A stretch of DNA of 60,744 bases, filler included, from Dugesia japonica (GCA_001938525.1; 6 parts of 6 records of this genome joined end to end with filler, not necessarily neighbours in it), one strand, 5' to 3'. Numbered from the whole stretch's first letter, positions 26,400-39,130 are shown. Numbers and translations are program-made. The notes: a model not told the origin generated them from the letters alone.

Positions 26400-26585
26400 T
26401 TAATAACAATAATAATCGTAATAATAATGGTAATAATAGTGATAACAAGAATAATAGTAATGATGCTAATAAACGTTAATAATAATAGCAGTATCTATAC
26501 TAACCACAATTATAATAATGATAATAGTAATGATAATAATAATAATANTAATAACAATAATAATCCTTAATGATAATCATAATGA
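25190..26585. repeat. (AAT)n microsatellite and decayed AAT-rich low-complexity tract
   Basis: Pure (AAT)n at 26343-26400 inside a graded AAT-rich region; explains the poly-I/poly-L ORFs. Confidence 0.85.
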
Positions 26586-27080
26586 AGCAACAAAATTCCT
26601 ATAATTTTATCCGGATAAATTTTGAGGCTAAGAATTCATAATTAGTTAAACGAAATTTAAGTTTTCGTGCATCTATTAAAGCTTTATTTTACTTAGCTAA
26701 GTTTATATGATAAAATGAAAACAATTGTGTTTTAAAACTAAATTTTAATAACTAATATCAAATAAAATAAACCTTACAATTATAAATTAATAAACACTAC
26801 GGGAGCACAAGGTTTGAAATTGATCGACTGGAGATATTCTAAAGGATTTGTTTAAAATGGATTGATGAACTTATCTGGAATTGGAGACGAATGATTGGAG
26901 TGATAGAAAGTTCTTGAGAGTTCTATTGATTGATTTTCACGACAGAGAGATTGTCGACTCTCCCCAAAATTTATTTCACAAAATTGTAGATTTGTCTGTT
27001 GTTTTTTAATACTCTGTAGAAGCGAGTATTTATAGAAAATTTCTGAATGCAATTACTGGGATTGTCTATTTTCTTGACAG

Positions 27081-27682
27081 ACGCTTCTGATCGGAATTGC
27101 TTATCTTCCCAAGTAGGTATGTGGAAACTTCAAAAATAATTATCTGATTTCTTCTAGATAATTGTTCCGCGAGTTGGCGACTTTGATCAGGATAATGCCA
27201 ACTGTCTGACGATTGTCAAATTTGGAATTTGGTAAGATGATGAAAATAATTTCTTTAAAATTTTATTATGGTAATTTTCAGAAATTCTAGAAATTAATTA
27301 ATGCTGCAATTGGCCGGATTGAATTGGAATTTTTTTGTAAGTGCAATTTTTATTGAATTCTTGTTGATTTTCACTAAAATTTATAGATCGTGATTCGAAT
27401 TTGATGCGAGGCATTAAATCAATGACACGATTAATAAAGGGTAAGTTTTGTCTATTCTTGATTCATTTTTATAGTACTTTTTGTTCAGATTTCCTTTCCG
27501 ATTGGCTGATTTCGATCAGAATTTACAATAAATTTTCCCTAAATTGTTGTAAGCATATGGAAATAAAAGTAATTTTTCTATATAATCAAATTGTTTCTTG
27601 ATTAATTTATTTTGTTTTATAGGGTATATGTTCCATTTCATTCGCTCCTGGAGGAATTTATCCATTATTTCGATTTTATTTG
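27081..27682 (+). other. Multi-exon spliced orphan (lncRNA or decaying gene); exons 27081-27116, 27158-27231, 27282-27336, 27387-27440, 27489-27548, 27623-27682
   Basis: Five consecutive 41-74 nt introns with GTATG/GTAAG donors and YAG acceptors; the joined frame has three stops in exons 2-3. Confidence 0.5.
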
Positions 27683-27895
27683 GTAATTTACTGACATTTT
27701 TATTTTTGTAATTTTTAATTGTTTGAATAAAGTTTTACTATTTCAGATTTTGTTTTGTTTTTTAATCTGAACGTTTGTGTTTTATAGCTTTTAAATCACG
27801 ATGGATTAGTTGGGTTTTTTTGTGTTGCGTATCCTAAAGTTCCTTAAGTTACTAAAACTCCACCACCAATTCCAATAATTACACTTATTCCAATA

Positions 27896-27995
27896 NNNNN
27901 NNNNNNNNNNNNNNNNNNNNNNNNNNNNNNNNNNNNNNNTTAATTAATTAANNNNNNNNNNNNNNNNNNNNNNNNNNNNNNNNNNNNNNNNNNNN
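27896..27995. other. Artificial scaffold linker
   Basis: 44N + TTAATTAATTAA (27940-27951) + 44N. Confidence 0.95.
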
Positions 27996-28049
27996 TTTGA
28001 ATTTTGAAAATGTTTAAACCATTGAATAAATCAAAAAGTCCACGGTTGA

Positions 28050-29760
28050 TGGCGCCAGCCATAATTGTTACTATTAAATGATATTATTTGTTTAAATAAT
28101 TTATTATTAATAAATAGTTTTTGTTTAAAAAAATAATTATAGAAAATTCAAGACTTTTAACTGACAAACACGCCAAAATAAGCGTACTGGCGAAGAAAAA
28201 AGATGATTACCAAAATGCTTTTGCAAAGCTGTCATCTTCAACACAAGAATTGTATATCCGAAAACCAAGTTTCTTCGAGGGTTCATCTAAAGCAACTGAT
28301 GAATAGCTTCAGGCGACAAAAGAATTTGCTGCGTTTAATCAAATGGAGTTATTGTTTACATTTGAAATGTTAATGAAACGATTTGCGAATGAATTATGGG
28401 TGGAAAATGCAAAGATGTAATTTTGACGAACGAACTCTGCGAAAAATGGTTTTGTGAGTCATTTGTGATTTCAGAAGTGAGACGGAAAAGAATGGAGTTT
28501 AATGCGTTCTAATGGATATGACGTTGAGGTGTNNNNNNNNNNNNNNNNNNNNNNNNNNNNNNNNNNNNNNNNNNNNNNNNNNNNNNNNNNNNNNNNNNNN
28601 NNNNNNNNNNNNNNNNAATTTTTCTGAAAAAGGAGAAAAATGTATCGTGAAAACTAAACTGAAATAAAAATGTAATGGGAAGCTAAGAGAGAAAGAAATA
28701 ATAGTTGTTAAAAATATTTGTCCTAGATTTATCGAAAGTATTGATATGATGAAGCTTTTTATAATGAAAATTACTGAAGTTGATTTTATTAACTCAAACG
28801 ATGGAAATCTATTTACCGATAATACAGAAAAAGTGAAAACTGACATTAATACTGCAAATAATGTCAGTCAAGAAGTAAGAAAAATGATAGAAACTTACAA
28901 AGATATATTTATGGCATCAAAATTTGGTCTTGGATATACGAAATTAATGTAACATCATTTTGAAACGACAGGTCCTCCTATAATGATAACCCCGAGAAGA
29001 CCGCCAACGCACTTAGAAAATAAAATAGATAAATTGTTAGAAAATCTTAGACAAGTCCATGGAATTTGCCATTAGTAATTGTACCAAAGAAAGATGGAAC
29101 GATAAGAATGTGTTTTGATTTTAGAAAATTGAATTTGATTACAGAGAAGTATTCGTTTTCAGTTCCAGATATTCAAATATTAATAGATACGCTTGAAGGA
29201 TCAGTTTTATTTTCTTCTTTAGATTTAGGGCAAGCATATAATCAAATTGAACTAAGTGAAGAATCAAAACTGAAAACTGCTTTTAGTGCAAAGATAAGTC
29301 AATTTTGTTTTAATCAAATGTCCTTTTAGTAATGTATTGCACCAGTAACATTTCAAAGTTTGATGCATAAAAAATTGAAAGGAATGTTGTACAAAAGAGT
29401 ACTAGCATATCTGGATGATATTTTTATAAATGGTAAAACTAAAGAGGAGCACGACAAACGAGTTTTTAAAGTTTTTCAGCTTTTTAAAGATCCGGCTTTA
29501 AAAATAAATCCAAGTAAATGTGCGTTCAATTCCAAGAAGCTGGAATTTTAAGGACATATAATTAGCGCGAAAAAAACTAACTTTGATAGAAGCAATATTA
29601 AAGAAGTACACAGAAATGATCCAATAACGAGAGAAGTCATTGAATATATTGAAAATGGAATGATAAATAATAAACTGAGCACAATGGGGACCAAAAGTAA
29701 ATATTTTTTCCAACTGGAAAAGTTTGAGCTGTATGATAAAGTTCATGAAATTTAAATAAA
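28050..29760 (+). mobile_element. Decayed Gypsy gag-pol
   Basis: PBS-like TGGCGCC at 28050; gag-like RKPSFFEGSS; PLVIVPKKDGTIRMCFDFRKLN, FSSLDLGQAYNQI, LAYLDDIF. Confidence 0.88.
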
Positions 29761-29769
29761 ATCACTTAT

Positions 29770-31240
29770 ACTTAAGGAAATATGTTTAGATATTTTATCT
29801 AACATTTTTTCTTCTTAATCCTTTTGAAAGACTGTATTTTTAGTCACTCAATCCTTCGTGGTTTAGAAATTCCATATTAATTTAAAAGTACTTGATATAT
29901 ACATTTTCTTCCATAACAAATTTATCAATATCTCTAATTTTACTTTAATTTAAATTTTTACTCGAATGGAAACTTTTATCTTTAACATATTCAATGATCT
30001 TTTTAGTAATTTAAGCATTACCTTGCATTTATATGATACTGCCTATATCATAATCTGAGCTTTCTATAATATTTATTCTCATTCAATTCAATTTTCTAAA
30101 ATTAAAAACCATTTTTTAAACATTCACTTATGAAGAATTTCATGAACTTCAACAAGGTTTTATAACATTTGCTGATAATAGATTTTGTATTAATTTGTCT
30201 ATCCTGTCTTCTAAATGCACAGGTTGTCTTCTAGGATTTATTAGTACGGGTTCTCTTTTAGTTTATATGTTATTCATTGTCATATTTGTTAAATCTACAC
30301 CAAGGTTTGAATTCAGAATATATGTTATTATATTTAAAAAGTAATTTAATCATTTTATTACTGGTATTTAGCTTGAAAGTATTCATTTTTTCATTACTGT
30401 TTCTTATTTTTGCATATAACATCTATTTAATCTATGAAATTGTACTCTTTTATTTCCATTCCAAAAATTTTCATAATATTAATACCACAATTAAAATTTG
30501 GTCAAATGTCTTAAACAATAATAATTTCTCTCTCTCTATCTACTTTTTATTCCAAAATAGTTTAATTCTAGGTTTTCCAATGCATTTTTCACTTTGCATA
30601 GAATATACTCGAGCTAGCATTACATTTGAAAAATGAAGTTTTTGTGAACCAATCTTTTTTTAAACTTCTTCACTAATCACTGTTACAGACGCTCCAAAAT
30701 TCCATAATATTTCTACATTTATTCCATTACAATTTACACTTCTCCAATTTCTACTATCACGTTTTTGATATATTAGTTTAACATCAGGTATTCTATCAAT
30801 ATCTCGATTTTTCTATTTAAAATTTTTAATGCAATCTCACTGAGCAGATAAATACAGTGAGTTGCCTGGTCATTTTTTCATTATTTTCTATATGATTTAT
30901 TGCATCATGTTTAAAATCAGTAATGAGTTGCATTCATTTAAAAATTTTTCTTTCTCTTGTTCTTCTATACATAATATTCTTCGATTATTGTGCTCTTTTT
31001 GTAATAATGCGAAATATCTTCTTTACCGCACATTAAACACCTATTTTTTAAAAGACAATTTATTCTTTTATAGTTTGTTTCTCCACATCAAATACAAGCA
31101 CCAAGTTGTAGGTATTCTTATCTTGGAAGTGCTTTACCATGATATTTATTATAAATTTTTGTTGTTAGATACTTCAAAGAATGTTTTGAAAAATCTCTTC
31201 TTTGGTTTATATTTTGGTTATATTTCTTAATTGCTGATTA
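29770..31240 (-). mobile_element. Decayed Gypsy gag-protease-RT start
   Basis: VNCNGINVEILWNFGASVTVISEE (degenerate retropepsin); NPRRQPVHLEDRIDKLIQNLLSANVIKPC. Confidence 0.7.
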
Positions 31241-31934
31241 TTATTGTTAGTTTTATTTGTTTTCTTCTTCATTTAAATCAACTAAAACAAGACTTTTAAT
31301 TCAATAATTTATTTCAATTACAATTAATTCTTCTTTGAAATTCTTCTTTCTTTTTGAACGCTTCTTTCAAAACTTGCCTTTGCAAATTTATATTTTTGAA
31401 TAAATAATAAATTTATACAAATTTATTATATTTATTAAAAATATTTTTTTTAAATCTAAAACTTCGAATCTACAGTAATTTAAAAAATTAAGCGATAAAA
31501 TTTAATTATTAAAATTTTTTACTAATTATTTACATTAAAAAATTTAAACTAATAACATTGCATTAAATTTTAAAAATATTTTCAAATTTTTATAATTACT
31601 TAACAATTATTACAATTCCTTATATCGTTTATCGGTTTTCTAGAACTAGTAAAACATATTTATTGTGTTGGAAAAATTGTCCTCTACAATTATTTTCAAT
31701 TTTATTATTTTTTGGTTCAAAAGCTGATTTATTAACTGCGCTTGCATAAGTTTCATTGACAACATATACATTAATTCTTGCTAAAAATTTATCAAAGTTT
31801 ACAACCAATTTATGACGTTATTAGTTATTTAACTTTGATTGAAGTTGTTGTTTTATAACTAAAAGGAACTACATAGACAAAATATATTTTAAAAAACTGC
31901 CGAATACATATTAATTTAACTAAACAACCTCTAT

Positions 31935-32190
31935 TTCTACATCCCCTTTTCAAATTTATTGTTAGCATTTAGGATTTACTTTTCGCTCTCGAATTCGGTA
32001 GCGCCTGTCTTCACTTTTGGTTTTCTGATACTCTAATGTATTAGGTCTCGTTGTTCCACTGATGATAGATTCAGAATTGTAATTAGTTTTACGAATCTCT
32101 GCCTTGGACAGTTTTACTTGGTGAATGTTCCTTGTTATTCTTTTATTATATATTATAAATGATAGTTTATTTTTCTTATAAACCGTATAG
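31935..32190 (-). mobile_element. Gypsy 3' tail with PPT and LTR start
   Basis: The minus strand ends ...RYRIRERKVNPKC*, then AAAAAGGGGA followed by TGTAG (about 31941). Confidence 0.5.
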
Positions 32191-33100
32191 ACAGCCAATG
32201 AATTTAGAATCTAAAATTGAAAAAGCAATACAAAACCTTTTCGAAAATAATATTATCCGGAAATGCAACTCTCTATGGAATACCCTACTGATTTAAGTTT
32301 CGTAAAAAGAAAAGTAAGACTTAAGAGTATGCTTAGACATTTAGACAATTGAATGCCTAATGTCAATGAAATACTTGACAAGTTAGATGGAGCCAACTAT
32401 TTCAATTCAATAGATTTAGGAAATGCATACTATCAGGTAGAGCTCGAAGAAGAATCTCAAGAAAAAGCGGTGATTTCAACAAAGCATGGACAATATTGTT
32501 TTAATAGTATGCCATTTGGCATCGCAGCGGCACCACGGGCATTTCAAGAGATGATGACAAAATTGGTAGGCGGAATCAATGAAGTCATGCTTTATCTTGA
32601 AAACATCCTAATATTTACGAGCGATAAAGATCAACACTATGAAGTAATCGAAAGAGTATTGACGGAAATAATGAAGGCTGGTCTAAGAATTAACACGTTT
32701 TCTTCATGGTTTCAGTTTCTTCATAGCAAAATCAAGTTTCTTGGACACATAATTACAAAGAATGGTGTTTGAACTGATCCGTTTAAAACAGAACCAATAA
32801 GAACATTTGGCAAACCTAACTGTGTGAAGAAGTTACGAAGTTTCATAGGAATATGTAATTATTACATAAAGTTTATAGAAAACTACGCAGTAAAATCAAG
32901 GATCTTATAGCAGTTGAGTAGCTGGCCAAGCAACAAAAAATTAGAATGGACAAATGAAATAAACGATACTTTTTAGGGTCTAAAGAAATCTCTAATGACT
33001 GCACCAATATTGTGTTTTCAAGACATAAACAAAGAACTTATATTAGATACAGATGCCAGTTTTGATGCGTTTCGAGCAGTATTTTCACAGAGAGATAAGT
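32190..33100 (+). mobile_element. Gypsy RT/RNase H fragment
   Basis: KCNSLWNTLLI; MPNVNEILDKLDGANYFNSIDLGNAYYQV...MPFGIAAAP; YLEN replaces YLDD; LILDTDASFDA. Confidence 0.9.
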
Positions 33101-33114
33101 AATGATTTTATTCT

Positions 33115-34040
33115 GTCTATTAAAATGTTATTGTATCTGATGAAGTATGGTCCAAATATTGGTTGGTGAACTTTTGCGACAGTGAATTTTCACTTTAATA
33201 TTTGTGGAAGTCCTACAATATTGAAGTACAAAGTGCGTTGTACTCGAGTTGGAATTGTTTTACCATCAGCTGAGACTAGTTATTTGGTCGTTTTATATTG
33301 ATAAGTGTGAAATTATTTGGCTTGTAGAATACTAATAACTGGTCCAGTATCGATTAGAAAATTTATTACATTTTTTTGATAATTAACTGGAACAGCAAAT
33401 ATTTTAAAGATGAGTTCCGTTCAGGAGTGATAGGGTTCACAATAACCGGAATTATTGAGACTCTTTCTCATTTCTCTGTGTCTGTTTAGAATGCTAATTA
33501 CTGAATCTTTTGGCTAATTTCCCATATTTACCGAAGTTATAGCAAGTTACATCTGTTGATAGTGACTTTCGACCATAAACTATTTTAAGTTGATTTATCT
33601 CATCTCATAGTTGTACTTTATTTGTATTTGTTTGACTTAAGATGTTGTATACAATTTGTAGAAATTTGATTTGCGCAAGTCTGCCGGCCAACTGTCAATG
33701 AGCAGTTTTTCTTGGAGATGAGATAAGTCTTGATAATTTGAGACATAGCTCGTATGAAGGTAACTCGTAACAGCATGCTGTTATCTGCATCTTTGTAATT
33801 ACGTTCTATTTCTTGTAAGTATCTGCATAGTTGTCGAAGATGATTTAATAATCCTAAAAATGTGGACAATGATCGTGACAAAAATGACTCTCATAATGAT
33901 TACTCCAAAATAAATCATGTATATATGGCCGGTAATTTAATAAAATCGTACCGCTGAGCAAAGCCAGTTCGAACAAAAGCGGAGTTTGATGCAAAGTTTC
34001 TTTGCGTCGCCTTTGAAGTAATTTCAAAAAGAAATAATAA
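33115..34040 (-). mobile_element. Gypsy gag-protease fragment
   Basis: CNFCYNFGKYGKLAK, NFLIDTGPVISIL, LVSADGKTIPT, KFTVAKVHQPIFGPYF. Confidence 0.75.
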
Positions 34041-34752
34041 TAAACATATTGTCATAAGTAGAATAAAAAATTGTTGTTTTAGTTTTACTATGTACATATA
34101 TCAGTTTTACACTTGAAAAACTTTTATTAATAAAATGAATGGTTTTAAATTATTAGACAGTTATCTATGGTATTCTTTTCAAACACAAAATATAAAAACA
34201 ATTTCTTAATTACATTTTATTTAAAAATGAAAGCGAGGCAGGGCCTTACCAGCGCGCGACCTTATGCTGTAGCACCGTTTCCGTCAACCTTTGGCTGGCT
34301 CTGTCGCTGAGTATAAATATCATTAAACGAATAGATAAGTTGTTATACGAGTTACTAGTTATTTTGACNTGCAATTTGACGCAGTATTTTTTATGTTATT
34401 GGTTAAAAGTAGGGGTTTAGACCAGTGGAAACTAAATTCAGAAGGAATCTCTAAACGACTAACAAGAAGATGGTGACTAACAACAGAGATTACAGAATCG
34501 TCGACAAATATTAAATGGGCTAAGTAACTCGTAAGTTCAATCAAAATGAGATCATAGCGAGTATTATATATTAGTTAAATCAAAACCTCACAACTCTCAA
34601 TAAATTGAATTTATTATTACAAGTGTTTTTGATTAAAATAAAATAATGATGAAGAATAATTCATAGTATTAAAACGAATAATCTGAGACATTTTTCAATA
34701 AAATATTTTAAAAATATCGAATTTTAATTTTATGAAATATTTCATTTTAGAG

Positions 34753-34915
34753 TTCATTTAAAATAAAAATTTCGATCAAAATTCTTTTTGTTTTTTGAGA
34801 TTGATTCGATATTTTGTCAGGAATTACTTAAAAGATAATTCCTGGCGAAGACAAGGTCGAAATATCGAATCGATCTCAAAAAATTATTTTGATCGAAGCT
34901 TTTATTTTAAATGAA
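34753..34915. repeat. Long imperfect inverted repeat (foldback/MITE core)
   Basis: TTCATTTAAAATAAAAATTTCGATCAAAA..TTTTTGAGATTGATTCGATATTT..CAGGAATTA pairs with TAATTCCTG..AAATATCGAATCGATCTCAAAAA..TTTTGATCGAAGCTTTTATTTTAAATGAA. Confidence 0.75.
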
Positions 34916-36956
34916 TTTTAAAAAATTTTAAATTATTTTTTTATTTATTATTTTAAATGAATTCTAATTCAATGAAAACATCCAACAATTATTCTCGCTA
35001 TAATTGCAATTGTAACATTTCATTTTACACAAAAATTTCATAAAATATTTTGCAAATATCGTTTTTTAATTTTATGAAATATTTTATTTTACATGTTTTA
35101 AAAATAAAATTTAATATTATATACATAAAAATTAAAGAAAAATCTCTCAGATATTTAAATCTATTAATGATTCTTACATTATAGAAATAAGAACCAGAAC
35201 CAAAGGAATATAACCATACACTTGAACTTCGGGTTGAAGTCTCCTACTCTATTCCAAAAATATATATTAGGGGCAGCAGATTAAAGTTTTTTGAGAGGTT
35301 TTACTTGGCCATCTAATCCTGTGACACCAATCTAGACTTAACTGCCTTGGTGGAATTCCAAAACTATAACTAGAAAAATATTGTTGATTGAATATACCTA
35401 GATTTTCTCTTCTTCCGTTATCTTTTATGTTTCATATCCTTGCGTTTACAATAAANNNNNNNNNNNNNNNNNNNNNNNNNNNNNNNNNNNNNNNNNNNNN
35501 NNNNNNNNNNNNNNNNNNNNNNNNNNNNNNNNNNNNNNNNNNNNNNNNNNNNNNNNNNNNNNNNNNNNNNNNNNNNNNNNNNNNNNNNNNNNNNNNNNNN
35601 NNNNNNNNNNNNNNNNNNNNNTTTACTACAACTATTGTTGTTCCAGTTTATTATTCTTAACTACTCTCTCAGGTCAGATTGTTTCTCTTGTTCTTCTAAG
35701 TCTATTCTTTAATTCTTAATGTTTTGCTGTACTAAAGTTACTAAGTATTATTTCATTTGACTTTATTTGACATCATACAGTTTTTATTCTTTTATATATA
35801 TTTTTAGTCACTAGAAATTCAAAATATTCTTTTATTTACTATATATTTTCTACTATTTGTTTAAAATAGAATTTGATCGAAGGAATTAACTACAAAATGG
35901 AATAATTAAAATAAAGTTAAAGTGTAAGTAAAATAAAAGGAAGAGAATGATTGAATATAAACAAATGTAAGTAAAAGAAAATAGATATTAATGAATAAAA
36001 ATAAAACAATAACAGAAACCAATATCAAAGAACCTGTATAGGCACAAGCCTCTAAAAAATTATGAAAACACCGTAATACTAAGCAACATTTACAAAAACC
36101 TATTAAAAATCAAAATTACATTGTAAAATAATATAACAGAAAAGATTCAGCAGTAAGAAGAATGAAAACATAGAGTCGCAAAAATAAAGAAAAACTTATG
36201 ATCAAATAACACGAATTCATTATATTACAAAGAAATGTACCGAATTACTGAATTTAAGAAATATTGGTTTAGAACATAAAATAATTTGTCCAAGTATTAA
36301 ATAGAATAATCATGCAGAAAAATGAGATAAAATCAAAAGACTGTGGGAAGAAGAGAAATTTACCAACTACGACCGAAAATAATAATTTATTTAATTTGCA
36401 CCACAAAATAAATTAATTATGTTGGAGTTCTACTGAGGTCAACTCAATTTTCAACAATAGAGTGTTGCTTCTTATTTCCTTGTAGAACCCTGCAAAGAAT
36501 CAGATATGGTGCCAAATCTAGACTTTCATTTAAAGGATTTAATATTTAAAATGCTTAGAAAAAATTATTAATTTATTGCTTGTTCAAATTTACTGTTATC
36601 TTCGAATAATTCATTCAACAAAGGTTATTTTTTATTACTAAGTATAGTTTTAGTACTAAGCGCTTGCGATAGTAAAAATAAAAATGTCTAATGAGTCTTT
36701 TATATAGAATTTACAAATTAAAAAGTTTTAAAGATTAATTTTAAAGATTAAAGATTAAGATTAATCTAACTAAAATCATTTATGATAATATGTTCATTTT
36801 ACTTTATGTTTGGCATAATTAATAAAATTAAAATTAATTTAATAGTTTAAAATTAAATTATTTCTAAAAATGTAAATATATTAATAGTTGTTTTAATAAT
36901 TTTATAATTTCACATTTAGTTTATATTTTTTAACGTGATTACTAATATTAACCGAA

Positions 36957-37212
36957 ATGAATGTAATTTATGTTACTGATTGTAAATTTTATGTAATATT
37001 TGTAGATAGATTCTAATAATGGTGATAATTTAATAATTTTGTCTAACGTAATATTTACTGTTTATTTATCTATATAACTTTTATTTCAAGAACATTCCAC
37101 TTAAACGAGCAAAATTAGAGAATGAAGAAGAGAAAAAGGTTTGCAAATTGTTGAATTGAAAATATTAAATTTGGTGTTTATAGTCCAATAATGATGACGA
37201 ATTTTATTTTAA
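36957..37212 (+). CDS. 5' micro-exons of a gene, possibly a protein arginine methyltransferase (PRMT6-like N-terminus); exons 36957-36962, 37006-37047, 37091-37138, 37184-37212
   Basis: Three 43-45 nt GT-AG introns; spliced open frame MNIDSNNGDNLIILSNNIPLKRAKLENEEEKKSNNDDEFYF.. ending in AA|GTAAG. A basic NLS followed by D.xYF recalls the type I PRMT helix before SY..H.EML; no catalytic exon is seen. Confidence 0.4.
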
Positions 37213-37443
37213 GTAAGAATTGTTTTCCTGACCCAAATCATCTCCACATAGACATTACCGTTGCTTATTTATATATGACCATCTTGTTTTACGATAATTA
37301 TTTAAATTTTATATATTAAATGAAAATTAATTTTATAAATTATCGATTTGAAATACAAATGCATAATTGTAATTGATTCATATTAAATTACCATTATGAT
37401 GTTAATATATAGAATTTATAAATTGACTTAAGATTTTAATAAA

Positions 37444-37684
37444 TCGATTTAAAATTTTTAATAATCGATTTCCGATTATAATAAATTTATTTTATATATT
37501 AAATCGATTTTAAATTTTTATAAATCCATTTCTGATTTCAATAAATCGATTTTAAATTTTTATAAATCGATTTCCGATTATAATTAATTGATTTTATATT
37601 TTAAATCGATTTTAAATTTTTGTAAATCGATTTCTGATTTTGATAAATCGATTTTATATTTAAAATCGATTTTAAATTTTTAAA
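37444..37684. repeat. Minisatellite with palindromic AAATCGATTT core (21-21-18 bp higher-order pattern)
   Basis: About 12 units such as TCGATTTTAAATTTTTATAAA, TCGATTTCCGATTATAATAAA and TCGATTTTATATTTAAAA. Confidence 0.9.
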
Positions 37685-37709
37685 TGAAATCAATAAAAAA
37701 TAAAATTTT

Positions 37710-38365
37710 CATTTGATAACTTGATTGATCTGGGAAATCCATCGCTTATGCATAAGTACGTCTCATCAATGTAAACGAACCGTCAAAATCTAAAGTCGTG
37801 ATCAATAAAACTCCCGCTAAAGAGACAAATTACTTTGATTTTCAGACATTAATAATTGATTCATCAGGATAATAAACTGTTGAAATAAGGAAACAAAAAT
37901 AAATCTCAAAGAGTTAAATCTAGGTTTGGAAATCTTGCAACTCTGTCTCATCTTTGATGATTGCTTACGATTGGAATTATGGTCGTCTTACTCTCCCAAC
38001 TGTCGACAATCCACAAATATCCCGCTAATTCGAATTGTATAATAAAGAAAATAAGGATTTCTATTTATTTGCAACCTCAAATGTTCCTGCGCACCGCAAA
38101 ACGGTTGAGAATGACACCATTGTAAACATATAAATTGACATCCAAATGAACTGTTCGATCGAACTTGTTACCAATTTATCATCGAATTGATTAATTGATT
38201 AATTGCTGAAGAAGTTCGGGAAATATTTCCGAACATGTTTTAATGAACCACTTAACAAACAGGCTGATATGTTAACTCTTATTGCTGGGACGACAACACA
38301 GCTTTATTATTAGACCACATTGTGTAGGAACTGCTCTTCTCAGTCGATTCTTTACATCGGTTTCT
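37710..38365 (+). pseudogene. Fossil fibre-like gene with Peptidase_S74/ICA intramolecular chaperone domain (copy 1)
   Basis: FDNLIDLGNPSLMHKYV (about 37712); S...IKEN (about 38030); KRLRMTPL*TYKLTSK*TVRSNLLPIYHRI-[frameshift]-LIAEEVREIFP (38099-38231); V*ELLFSVDSL (38322-38354). Confidence 0.55.
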
Positions 38366-38462
38366 GCTAACTCCTTTCTCCGCTAGTGGTACAATTAATT
38401 ATAGCTTTGTCGGCTTTAATTAAACTTAACTATAGTCGATTATGGTTACTTATTAACGTACT

Positions 38463-38736
38463 TCGATTTTGGATTTGGATAAATTGATTTTGGATTTCAA
38501 TAAATCGATTTTGGATTTCAATAAATCGATTTCAGATTTTAATAAATCGATTTCTGATTTCAATAAATCGATTTCAGATTTCAATAAATCGATTTCGGAT
38601 TTCAAATAAATCGATTTTGGATTTCAATAAATCGATTTCAGATTTTAATAAATCGATTTCAGATTTCAATAAATCGATTTCGGATTTTAATAAATCGATT
38701 TCAGATTTCAATAAATCGATTTCAGATTTCAATAAA
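38463..38736. repeat. 13 x 21-bp minisatellite, consensus TCGATTTCAGATTTCAATAAA
   Basis: Twelve 21-bp units plus one 22-bp unit, with variation concentrated at 2-3 positions. Confidence 0.93.
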
Positions 38737-38739
38737 ATC

Positions 38740-39130
38740 TTGCTAATGAGAAATAATTGTCTACAATCTGTCTCACGTGTCTAAACTTATTAATGCCGAC
38801 TCAACTTTGATGATTGCAGTATTCCGCACAGCTCGATGACATTTAGTCATCGGTCTTTAATTGAACCTTTATTTTCTTTTTACTTTGCTGTGCCTATACG
38901 TCGAAACCAAGAGAATAACAATTTAACTTCCACAACTTTGAAAGAAGTAGCTTATTGACATCAAATTATTTTTTTCAATCACAATAACTTATTGAAACTT
39001 GTTACCAATTTATCATCGAATNAATTAATTCCCGAACAAAACCAGTGAACCACTCAACAGACAGCCATTAACTCTTAATGTTGGACTACAAAACAAACTG
39101 ATCTACAGTTATCAATATGCATTTGAATTT
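38740..39130 (+). pseudogene. More decayed second copy of the 37.9-38.3 kb sequence
   Basis: Shares TCTGTCTCA, CTTTGATGATTGC, ATTGACATC, AACTTGTTACCAATTTATCATCGAAT, CCGAACA, TGAACCACT.AACA.ACAG and TTAACTCTTA in the same order as copy 1. Confidence 0.6.

Noticed and set aside
26103-26570. Poly-Ile/poly-Leu ORFs and other ORFs spanning N runs (17919-18597, 35388-35660, 46839-47320)
   Set aside because: Products of (AAT)n repeats and gaps translated as X.
30277-31230. Hydrophobic plus-strand ORFs as membrane proteins
   Set aside because: Antisense shadows of the A-rich minus-strand Gypsy gag-protease.
34239-34303. CAGGGCC...GGCTCTG mini hAT element
   Set aside because: TIR match is too short and no 8-bp TSD is present.
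37444-38736. CRISPR-like arrays (palindromic short repeats)
   Set aside because: Units are directly adjacent with no unique spacers, there are no cas genes, and the context is eukaryotic.
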